Origin: Protoeuglena noctilucae
Lineage: Eukaryota
NCBI GenBank assembly: GCA_958009085.1
Contig: OY253676.1
Location: 930,001 to 994,000, forward strand
Length of the DNA stretch: 64,000 bases
Direction of reading: 5' to 3'
Shown here: one piece after another, positions 11,123 through 21,618 of the stretch
How positions within the stretch are numbered: the stretch's first letter is position 1
Layout of the letters: each line of letters begins with the position of its first letter
Notes under the pieces: model-generated
Told to the model about the DNA's origin: nothing
Database searches by the model: none
The model's input: only the letters and a program-made list of their open reading frames with translations
Made by a program: the position numbers and the translations under genes

Positions 11123-12853
11123 ATGCGGGACCGGCTGTTGTCCCTCGCTGGCCGCGGGTGGGCGTGCATGGGCACGGTGGCGACGGCGACATCGGCGATG
11201 GTGCCGGGGTGCTCTTCGGCGTGCGTGACGGGGGTGGTGCGGGTGGGCCTGGGCCCCCGCGCGAACGCGGGCGTCCTGGGGAGAGCGAGGGCTACGAGCG
11301 TATCGGAGCGGTTCAGGAGCACGCTGGGATCGCGGGCGTACTCTGAGAACGCGGCGGCTCGGGACCCTCTCGAGGTACCTATCCCGCCGTGACCCCTGAT
11401 TGCCGCATCTCCATGGGTCACCGCCGCAGTGCGCTCGCGTCACTCCCGCCCATGCCACCCGCAGGCGTCCATAAGCACCCGGCACCCGCTGGTCACCGCG
11501 CTGGTGGTCTTGTTCCCCATCACGACTGCGGGGCTGGGGGTGTGGCAGCTGCAGCGGCAGGCGTGGAAGGCCCAGCTGCTCGAGTCCGTGGACAAGGCCA
11601 TCAAGGCAGATCCCATCCGTGGTACGCCGTGCTGCTCCCTTGTTCCTCCCCCGCCCCACCGGGCCCGCTGTCGCAACGCCGTGAGCTTGCCCCTCACCCT
11701 CCCTTTGCAGCCCAAGACCTGCCCGACGAGCCAGCTGAGTTCACCCGGGTTAGGTTGGCAGGGACATACAGCAACAAGGACACCGTGCTCATCGGCCCTC
11801 GACCTCGCAAGGGTGAGTGGCGCCTACGTGACGGGGATGGCGCTGGTCAGGCAAGGAAGTGGCCCAGTATGCTGGCAACCCTTCCCCACTCGTGCAGTGC
11901 AAGGGACGCCTGCGATGGGGTATTTCGCCGTGGTGCCCATGGCTTTGGAGGGGGGTGGGGTGGTCCTCGTGAACCGGGGGTGGGTGCCTGACTATTTGAC
12001 CAAGGCAAGGCGAGAGGGGTTCAGAGATGGCGGCCCAGTGCAAAGGGTGGGGACTGGGTCTCGTCTGACGTGACAGGTGCCGACGCGAGCCTCCTGTGCA
12101 TGTGCGCTTGATCCGCAGGACCCGCAGGCAGCATCGCGCTGGCAGGTGGCTGGGCCGGTGTGTGAGGAGGGCGTGGTGCGGCGCAGTGAGCGCCCGTCGT
12201 CGAGCATGGGCCCCGTCAACGACCCAGGTGACGGGCGACGCGAGGCTCCACGCCGCATGCACGGTTGATGGGGTTGCTGTGTCGCCGATGCAACCGTGGA
12301 TGGCATTGTGGCTACTGGCAGCGAGTCTTGCCTGCCACTCGCTCTTACCTGCCACTCGCTCCCCTCCACTCGCTCCATTCTGCAGCGCGCAAATCGTGGA
12401 CCTGGTTCGACGTGCCTGCCATCGCCACCCACCTGGGCCTGCCTCCCGACACGCCCCTCCTGGACGTCATCAGCCCCCACGGGGACACGCGGGACAGACC
12501 TAGCCCTCTCTCGGAGCTCAAGATGGCCACGGGGCGCCTGGGCAGCGAGCCCATATCCTACCCCGCACCCCGCAGCCCTGAGTGGTACCAGCAGCAATAC
12601 CTGATGCCTGCCGACCACCTGACGTACGGTGAGGGGCCGGGGCCGGGGTCTAGGCAGCGGCCGATGATGACCACTCGCTGCCTTTGCAACTCGTCGGTCC
12701 TTTGCTGTGAATCGATTCTCCCCGCGCCCCTGCCCGTTTGCAGCACTGACATGGTTCACTATCTCTGCCATCACCGCCGTCATGGGGCACCGCCTGCTTC
12801 GAGGGCAGAGTCCAGGGGCGCCGAGGGCTACGAAGAAGTCACCCAGTCGCTGA
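11123..12853 (+). CDS. SURF1: SURF1/Shy1 cytochrome c oxidase assembly protein (about 7 exons; start uncertain)
   Basis: Motifs GLGVWQLQR.AWK, EFTRVRLAGTY, IGPR, VLVNRGWVP, GVVR.SE, W...DVPAIA and HLTY|ALTWF; Arg/Ser-rich presequence-like N-terminus. Confidence 0.92.
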
Positions 12854-12960
12854 GAGCGGGCGAGGTGGGGAAGCAAGGTCCACACTGTGGTTTCCGCTAG
12901 AGCTGCCAGCACGCACACTATGCATCCCGCCACGCATGCCGCTGTCTGAAGCGAGATGTC

Positions 12961-14043
12961 TCAAGTGTTCGCTTCCCACGCTGGCTCGTCGTATGGGATC
13001 AGCGCCGCCCCCCGCTGTGTAAGTTGCAGCCAGTTTGGGTCACGTCCGATCAAGGCATCCACGTCCTCCAGCGCCACCCCAAACTTGCTGGCGAGGTCCT
13101 CCTTCGCAGCAGTAATGTCCCTGGGGAAGCGAGGGCGCCGCTAGGCATGAGCAGCTGTCGGCGTGACACGGACGCATTTGGCTGCCTTCCACCCGCCACC
13201 ATGCCTCACTCGATGTCCAGCAGCGTCGGGAAGTCCGCCAGCATAGCGTCGACATTCACTTTCGGGAACACGCGGCGCATGACCTCGGCTCGCTCCCTGC
13301 AGGCATTGCCAGTGGCTGTTGAAGCGAGCGCGTGCGGGGCAATGCTCGCTGGCCCCTGGCTAGCCCACCCACCTCATGGTCTCCACCACCTCGACGCTCT
13401 CCACAAGCACGCCCGGGCGGTTCGCGACGAACACCCCCACGTCCGCCCCAGGCACTGCGGCCTTAAGCTCCACCACACGCCGCGCCACGGCGTCGAGATC
13501 CCCGCAAAGCCTTGCCAGCAGGTCGGCCTTCATGATCGGGAACTTGGTCGACAGGTCCGGCACCAGGACGGCCAGCTGCGCCATACGCTCCTCGACTTGT
13601 GACCGCGAGAGGCCCAGCTCGCGGGCGACAAAATCCACCACAATGGACCCCCGCAGGTCTTCCGTCCACGTCAGGTACCGCTCGCTCATTTGGAAGCCGA
13701 TGGACCACGGCGGGAGTGACGTGCCCGACGTGGAGGCCGAGGGGACATCCACTTCGCTCCCCTGCGCCAAACACGTTCGATGGAAGCCTCGCAGGGATGT
13801 CCCAACAGCTGGTGCGCCATCCAGGGAGCGAGTGCTCACCTCCACGATGCCCTGCCGCTCAGTGGTGTCCCACCAGTGCAGGCGGTCGTCCTGCAGGTGC
13901 TCTGGGCGGCGCTTCCGTGCCTCGGCCAGCAGCTCGGCTCGCGAGCTGCTGTCCGGGCCTGACGCTCGCGCAGGAGGGCAGCGCAGTCCCGTCCGGGTCG
14001 GCGCGCGCATCGACGCGGCCAAATGTGTCGCAAGGATAGCCAT
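12961..14043 (-). CDS. Uncharacterised, probably plastid-targeted helical-repeat protein (4 exons)
   Basis: Transit-peptide-like MAILATHLAASMRAPTRTGLRC..RAS. Spliced frame contains PPWSIGFQMSERYLTW and repeated units LKAAVPGADVGVFVANRPGVL / MRRVFPKVNVDAMLADFPTLL / DVDALIGRDPNWL; stop at 12961. Confidence 0.7.
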
Positions 14044-14377
14044 CTTTGCGGCTGGGGCGCAGCGGTGGGAGTGGGGTTAGCAAGGCAGCCCGTGGTCGGC
14101 CGCCGAAAACGCAGCTGAGCAAATTACGATTGGCTGTTCGCTCTGCGCTCCTGGCGCACTCAGCTTGCAGGTTGCACTGCAGGAGTCAGGAGTGGGTGTC
14201 AGGCAGCAAATCCGAAGTCTCTCTTGCCCGCATCCCACCGGCAGCCTGTCATTTAATACTATCCCGTCCCCTCTGCGCGAGTGCGGGCAGCAAGCGGTCC
14301 TCATTGCTGCAGGCGGGACCCGCTGGGGGATTGAACCACTGCAGGCGTGCCACGCGGGGGACTTCGGGGCAAGGAAG

Positions 14378-16721
14378 ATGTCGGAGGGGAGCAGGTTCAC
14401 GCCAAGCAATTTGACGCCCCAGGCCATGGCCCTGGTGGAGAGCGTCTGCACCGTGTTGCGGCGGAGGTGCGGCCGTCACGAGCTCGCTTTCGTTCATCGG
14501 CATGCTGATGCTGCACCCAAGCACGACTCTCGATGGCTTCTTACTTCCCGGGGTGGCGGCGCGGTCGTTGCCTGCAATCTCGTTCCCCCAGGCCAATGTG
14601 CCGGCGGAAAGGGCTTGTGGCTGCAACTCTCGAGTATTTCCGCAGTGCCCGCGTGCCTAGCTTGCGCTGTATGTGATATGGAGAAGCCACGCCCAAGGCA
14701 AGCGCTTCCAGAGCGCCCATCGCTCCCCGGCACGTGCGGATGGTCGCAGGGCCCTGAGCGGTCCGCTGGCGGCCGCGCGGAGGACCGCGGAGCTGCTTCG
14801 CAAGGTTCTGGGGAACACAAAGTACGAGGACGCGCAGCAGATGATCGACGACGTGCGGCTGGTGGGCGGGATGGTTCAGCAGGCGCGGCCGGCCGAGCTG
14901 GCGATCGGCAACATGGTCCGGCGCATCCTCCATCTAATCCGGGAGGAGGCTGAGGTGCGTGACATGTGACTGCTGGGTCGATCGCTGCGTGGTGGTCGTT
15001 CCCCAATCCCGCCCCGCGCGTGCGATGCCGTGGCGCGGGGTCCGTGTTGTGCAGGAGGAGGAGAACGAGGGGACCACGGAGGAGGACTTCGATGACATCG
15101 AAGTGGTCGCGACGCCGGACCGCCCGTCCTCCCGCCTGTCGGAGCCGCCCAGCAGCAGCAAGGGCGAGCCGGGGCTCCAGGCCGAGGTGCGGCCCCCATG
15201 CAGCGCCTGCCACTCCTGACAAGGGCCCTGCCACCACGCCCACGATTCTCTCTGCAACTGCCGCGCAGGCGTCCTCGGCGTCCGTCGGCGCCCCGCGGGC
15301 CGTGCTGCGGCAGGCGACCCTCACGCGGGTCAGCACGCAGGCGCGGTACAGCCGGGCCATGTCCCTCGCGAACCTGCTCGAACAGCCAACCCCACGTGAG
15401 CCGCGTGCCTGCACACCCGGGCCCCGCGAGCTCCGCCGGCCCTGCTGCCCGCGCTGAGCTGCGCGGCTCCCCTCGCTCGCAGCGCCCTCGGCGGGGCGAC
15501 GGTCGGGGGAGAGCGGCAACTCGGAGCTGCTGGATGGGGCGGGGGCGGCGGGCGGTCTGCGTCGGCAGCCCTCCATGCGGGACAGGGGCGGCAGCAACAC
15601 CCTGAGCGCCACGGAGGAGGGCCCACCCCCGTCCTCAGACGCCCCCTCGCGCGCCGAGCCCGGGCGCTCCCAGCTGCAGCCGAGCAAGAGCCGCCGCGGC
15701 CGCGTGCCGCAGTGGTCGCGCAAGACGAGCGTCATCGACGGCATCAACTTCATCCTCGGCGACCTGGACACCATCCTGGAGCAGATCGCCGTGCAGGGGC
15801 CCGACCACGTGCACGCCCACGAGGTCATCCTCACCGTCGGGCTCAGGTGAGACGCGCGCGCGGCAACAAGGGGCAGGGCCCAGGGTGTGAGGTGCGGCGC
15901 ATGCGCTGCAAGGCCCCCGTTCCCCCGCCCTCTCCGCCAGTGAGGCCGTCGCGGCTTTTCTGCTGGAAGTGAGCACCAAGAAGCGCCGCCCCTTTTCTGT
16001 GGTCGTGGCCGAGGGGTCGCCCAAGTGCCAGGGCATCCTCCTCGCGCGGCGGCTGGCAGAGGCAGGCATCACCACCACCGTTATCACCGGTGAGACGCGT
16101 TGTGCCAACTGCGTCCCCCCGCGCCCCGCCAGCTCCGCTCCCCCACACGCGTGCCCGCCTTGCTCCCCAGATGCGGCCGTCTTCGCCATGATGGCTCGCG
16201 TGGACAAGGTCCTCGTCTCTCCCCACGCCATCCTGGCCAACGGGGGCGTCATCAGCGGCGTCGGCATGCACGCCGTGGCCCTGGCCGCCCGGCACCACGC
16301 CGTCCCCTTCGTCTGCCTCGGGGGCCTCTACAAGCTCTCGCCCCTCTTCCCCCACCAGCCCGAGGTCGCCTTCAACGAGTTCGCCAGCCCCGCCGCCATC
16401 TGCAGCATTGACACCCTGGCCCTGCCCCTGAGGTGAGGCGGCGCACGGGCGTGGCGGTGCGTACGGGGGGTGCAGCATTGAGCGTGGCCGGGCTTGGCAG
16501 GTAAGCTCCGCCCCTTCCCTCTGCGCAGGGGCGTGGGCGGGTCCGCGGTGCAGGTGGTGAACCCCCAGTACGACTACGTCCCTCCCCACCTCATCGACCT
16601 CTTCGTCACCGACAACGGCTGCCACACCCCCAGCTACATCTACCGCCTCCTCCAGGAATACTACCACAGGGAGGACTACGACCTGCCGGGGGTGCCCGCG
16701 CACGGCTTCGCGGCAGCCTAG
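14378..16721 (+). CDS. EIF2B2: Translation initiation factor eIF2B beta subunit (8 exons)
   Basis: Motifs LRR|RALSG..AARRTAELLR, P.ELAIGNMVRRILHLIREE, HVHAHEVILTVG, FSVVVAEGSP, DAAVFAMMARVDKV, HAILANGG, LYKLSPLFP and NPQYDYVPPHLIDLFVTD.G.HTPSYIYRLL.EYY. Confidence 0.95.
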
Positions 16722-17384
16722 GCCGCCTCGCCCTTGCGCTTGCAGCTGTGTTCCGTGTCGCGGGGCGTGCTTTCCTTTCAATCGCGCTTCCAAGGGTGAC
16801 AGGGCAGGCAGGCAGTCCTTGGACCGGCAGGAACTTCGCAGCATGGCAAGGCGGGCTTGGGGGAGGGGGGGGTCAATCGTTGTAGCCCTACGAGAGGTTC
16901 GGCAGCCCCGCGGTCGCGCCGCTTGGCTACCGTGCGCAACAGCTGAGCAATGGACAATGCCTGCCGATGGGCGGGACTCGGTCAAGGCCCGCGGACTACC
17001 ACTGCTTGCTCGATACGGCGGTGTTCACGGGGGGCACGCCCTCCCTACTGGTCGCAAGAGCGTGGGGAGGGGAAAGGGAATGCAGGCCGGCGGCGGGGGC
17101 ACAGAGGGGGGGCGGCCACAGCCAACAGGAATTGGGGAACACCACAGCAGCACCGTCCACCTCACGTGCTGCGGCAGTGCACGGTGCGCTCGTTGCAGGC
17201 CGAGGCCATAGGACTCTGCTTGCTCTGGCGACGGGGGTAGCCCCGGCGGGGTGCCTGGGCCCCCGCCTCAGGCGCCCGTGTTGTGGCGGCGCGGATGGGG
17301 CGGCCTGGTCGTGTCTAGAGAGGTGCTCGGGAACAGGGATGCCCGCGGCATGGCTGCTGGAGCGCCGGTGGACAGCCGAGGGGA

Positions 17385-17665
17385 AAGGGGAATAGGGCTG
17401 GTCAGGCAAGGAGGGGTTGGGAAATAGGGGAGGTAGGTTGGGGCACAGGGGGGTCAGGGAGTAGGGAAGCTTGGGGAATAGGGAGGGATGGGGTACAGGA
17501 GGGGCAGGGAATAGGGAAGGTAGGTAGGTTGGGGAGTAGGGAAAGTTGGGGGAGTAAGGAGGGTTGGGGTACTGGAGGGTCAGGGAATAGGGAAGGCTGG
17601 GGAAAAGGGAGGGTCCGGGTACAGGAGCATCCGGGAATCGGGATAGGAGGAAAGGGGAAAAGAGG
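17385..17665 (+). repeat. Purine/G-rich minisatellite, about 15 degenerate 16-17 nt units (consensus RGGGAATAGGGAGGGTY)
   Basis: Units such as agggagtagggaagctt / ggggaatagggagggat / ggggtacaggaggggc / agggaatagggaagg are read directly; the + strand is strongly C-poor. It lies between two convergent 3' ends. Confidence 0.85.
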
Positions 17666-18071
17666 AAATGCTCGTTGGGGATTTTCCTCATTGTCTGCTG
17701 GGCCTCTGCTTGCTGCGTGCTTGGCTTGGGTGCGAAAAACGCGACGGCGACTGATGGGGGGGCGGGGCGTTCCCAAAACGCAGCGCAGCACACGTGCTCG
17801 CGGATCGCGCGCGGATACTGGCGCGCCGACCTCGCCCTCTCGTCCGGAGGGCAACGCGAGCGGACACACAAGGGGCGGGCACCGGGGGACGGACCGCCGC
17901 ACTGCTCAGGCAGGGCGGGGAAGCGGGGGCGACATGGCACGAGGCAGGGACATGCATGGCAGGGGCAGTGACGTGGGAGATAGCAGCGGCATCAGGAATC
18001 GCGTGCCGGGCACCGCAGGCCAGCAGCTGGGGCGCGGGAGGAGAAAGGGCGTGGTACCCCACGCCCGTCGG

Positions 18072-21000
18072 TCACCACCCCTGACCCTGGCTGGTCCCCG
18101 GGCCCTCGCCCGTCTGAGAGGCGTTGGGGCCGGCGCTGGTCGCCGCGGCTGGGGGGACAGCCACGTAGGTGCCGCCCCAGGCGTGGCCCGGCGGCAGCGC
18201 GGCGGCGACGGCGCGGGCGGGCATGGCGATGGGCTGCGTAAGGTGTGCGGGCCAGCTGACGGCGGGGGACGCGGCGCCGACCGGCAGGGCCCCCGTCCAC
18301 GCCGCCACGACGGGCGCAGCCTGGGGGGACACCGTCGACGACACGGGCCAGGCGGCGGGTGCCTGCGGGCAAGGGGAGCCGGGGCGCGGTCGGCGGGGCT
18401 CGCGCCGTGCTCCTCCACGCCAGCGGTGCTACCGCGAGAGGCACCCACCAAAGCTGGAGCCGCCTCTGGGGCCACGCTGGTCCCCGCCGCCCTCGCGTGC
18501 CCTCCCCCGTGCGCCTCGTGCTCCGCATGGGCGAAGGCCTGAATGAGGTGCACGGCCGCTCGGACTTGCTGCGGCTGGCCGCGGACATCGAGCACCGTGG
18601 AGCCGGCCGCCCCGGGGGCAAGGGGGGTCTGGACCGACACCTGCGGGCCAGCACCGGGTGGCGAGGGGCAGGAGGGTCAGGACGGGCGCGCGAGCAATGG
18701 TGGCGGGGTCGGGGTAGCGCCGCGCTGAGCTACGCACCTGGGCACCCATCACGCGCTGCACTTCTGCCAGCGCCGCACCGCCGCCGCCCACAATGCCCCC
18801 GACGGCTTCCCGGTCGAGCTTGACTTGCGTGCCAAAAACCGTCAGCTGCACGACGGCCGAGACGGCGGGGCCCTCTGCCCCCGCTGCGCCCCCGCCAGTT
18901 GGAGCGCCAGCGGCGCCGCGGACAAGGCTGCGCCTGAGGATGCCGACGACTTCGGTCAGCGCGACGACGACGGCGTCGGGGACGCCGCGGATGGAGACCT
19001 CGGAGGCGTCCGGAACTGCTTCCGAGGGCCCCACGCGGATGACGGCCCCGGTCGACTGCCGCAGCGACTCGATGACGGCGCCCTTGACGCCAATGATGGC
19101 CCCGGCGTCGCCCTTGCTGACCAGAAGCTTGGCACCCACGGCGGGACCCGGCTCGTCCGTCACGAGCAGCGCGTGACACCTGCGGGCCAGCACAGCCGCC
19201 ACGGCATTGCGCATCAGGGCAAGGGCCATGAAAAGCCGCCCCGTCACGGCGAGCCTCCCTGCCGCGCCGCACAACGCACCTCAGCGCGGCATCCAGCGCC
19301 GGCGACGGCCCCGTTCCACCGGGGGCCTCCTGGCCGGCGATGGAGATGACGCGCTCCGTGCCGTTCCCGGCCGGAGGCTCCATGCGGACCCTGGCGCCCG
19401 TCTCGGCCCGCAGCTGTTGGATAACGGCACCGCGAACGCCGATCACGCGACCGGCGCGGTCGGTGGGGCACAGGAGCCGCAGGGACACCGTCACGGTCGC
19501 CCCGGGAGGCGCGGCGGCCGCCGGCGGGCGGGGCCAGGGCGGGGACGAGGCAGCCACCGCCCCAGCCAACGCAGCCGCAGCCGTGGCGCGGGAGGACGCG
19601 GGGGCGGGAGCAGACCCGGGGGCCTGCCCCCCCTCGCTGGGGTTGCTGGCGATGATCTTGGCCAATGCCTCGAGCGCCGCCAGGACGGAGGGCTGGCTCC
19701 CGGAGACGGAAACCACCTGGTCCCGCTCCCCCACGTATACGTGCGGCTGGGTGCCCGGCCCGGACACCTGGATGCCGGCGCTCGACTCACGCCGGAGATC
19801 CTGCACGTCGATGAGGCTGTGGCGGCGGTTCGGGGGTCGGCAGGGCCGGAGGGGCCGGGAGGCAGCGGCTCCACGCCGGGCGCCTCACCTGAATGGCGGA
19901 GCCCCCCCGTCCAATGATGGCTCCGGCTTGGGTTTTGGTGATGACGAGTCGGATCTCGAGGGGCGCCTCCGGGGCCCCAGGCGCCTTCTCCGCGTCTTCG
20001 CCGGCCGCCGCGGGAGGATCGGAGCCAGCACCTTCGCCTCCAGCCTGCAGAAACGGGGCGTGGGGAGCAGCGTGACGGCTGAATAGAATCTGTTCCGGGG
20101 GTCGGCGCCCACCGCGTGCTGGGCCGCACCTGGGCCGCTTCCCGCGGCACGACGCTCATGATGGCCCTCGCGACGACCAGGAGAGCGGCGACGGGGTCGC
20201 CATCAGGATCCCTGCGGGGTGCAGGCGGCGACTCTGAGTGTGCCCCCAAAAGGAACCAGCTCGGGGGCGGGAGGGGCGGCCCAGACGCCGATACGCCCGG
20301 AGCGAGGCGGCCCTGGCGCCGCGAAACGGCGGCGAGCGCAGCCGAGAGGGCAAGGGACCCGGGTGCGGCGAAAGCGACCAGCGTCGCCCCGGTGCGGCGC
20401 GCCGCCCGGACGGCACACATTTGCCGCGTGCACAGCACACCCGAGCGGGGAACGCCGATCGCGCCGCGCCCGGCGGTGGGAGGAGGGCGGGAATCCGAGT
20501 ACCGCCCACGGCCCGCTGCTGGGCGCTCCCCCCGCGATCGGGGGCGGTGCCGGCAGAATTATCGACATCGCGCTGGCGGGGAGCGGCGCGGCGGGCTCGC
20601 TCGGGCACCCCGGAGGGGCGCGTGGCGAAACGGGCGTGCGGGGGTCGAGCAGAACACTTCCAGCGCCAAGGCGCCTCCCACGACGCGAGGACATGCGCAC
20701 GGCACCCGGAGAGGACCCGCAACTCACCCCTCCCCGTGCCCCACGGTTATCAACCGGTCTGGCGACCCGGCCACGGCATTGTCGACGTGGACCCGGCAGC
20801 ATGCCTCCTCCCGAATGGCGTTGATGTTGGAGCCCCCCTGCGCGCGGGCGGGCGAGGGGGGCGCGTTCCCACCGCAAGGGGGGGACAAAAAGCGCACGGC
20901 GTTCGCGAAGGAGGCGGGCCCTCGAGTCGCCGGCAGGCAGGGGGGCAGGAAATCAAGGCATTTAGGCGGGGGCGAGGGAGGGGGCCCGCATGGACGCTCA

Positions 21001-21080
21001 CCCGCCCAATAATTGCCGCCCACCAGGGCCGAGGGGCACAGGACCCGGAAGCTGGCCGAGCGAGGCGCCGCGGCCTGCAT
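18072..21080 (-). CDS. Multi-KH (five KH domains) RNA-binding protein, PCBP/HEN4-like; apparent +1 frameshift in exon 1
   Basis: KH cores FRVLCPSALVG(G)IIGR|GGSNINAIREE, IRLVITKTQAGAIIGRGGSAIQ|DLRRES, LRLLCPTDRAGRVIGVRGAVIQQLR, KLLVSKGDAGAIIGVKGAVIESLR and EAVGGIVGGGGAALAEVQ. Confidence 0.88.
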
Positions 21081-21618
21081 AATTATGTCGGTGGGGGCGA
21101 CCGGGCCGGTCGCCTGTTGAACGAAAAAGCTGCGACCCGCCTTGGGGCCTGCTGCGTCTGCACGCTGGCCTCTGCTACACTGACAATGGGGTCATTCGGC
21201 GACAGGGGACGCTCGAAAGTTGGCGTGGAGTGCCGGCTTACAGGGACGGGCGTTCGCACACCCGACAGCGTGGGGCGGCACGCCGTCGTCCCGGGGCCGG
21301 GGAGACGGGTCGAAGTTCGGGGGACGGCAACAGCCGGGAGGCAGACGTGGGCGGGGCGGCGAGGTTTCTGGCGCCGACGCTGCCAGTTGCAGGAGCGTGG
21401 CAAGAGCGGCCTACGGGGGCGCCGAGTGAGTGCAGCCCTTTGCTTCGCAACGCAGGCGCCTCGAATGACCGCCGTGGCTCTTCAAAGAGGCGGATCCGAC
21501 GAGTTGGCCACAGTGTCCCGCACAGGGGCAGTTCTCCTTCGCGGTCGCGGCCGACGGATCGCGGTGACCCCGCGAACGGTGTGCCGTCGCCCCTCTGAAG
21601 CTTGTGACGCGGGAGGGG

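Noticed and set aside
13830..13890. WWDT..QGIVEV resemblance to the atypical chloroplast thioredoxin leader
   Set aside because: It is followed by a splice donor, with no CxxC/S motif or thioredoxin sequence downstream.
16996..17940. 314-aa Pro-rich minus-strand ORF (extensin-like)
   Set aside because: It is the translation of the minisatellite; there is no signal peptide, codon bias or exon structure.
21078..21087. CATAATTATG palindrome giving back-to-back ATGs
   Set aside because: The plus-strand ATG opens only 11 codons, and a single 10-bp palindrome is unremarkable.
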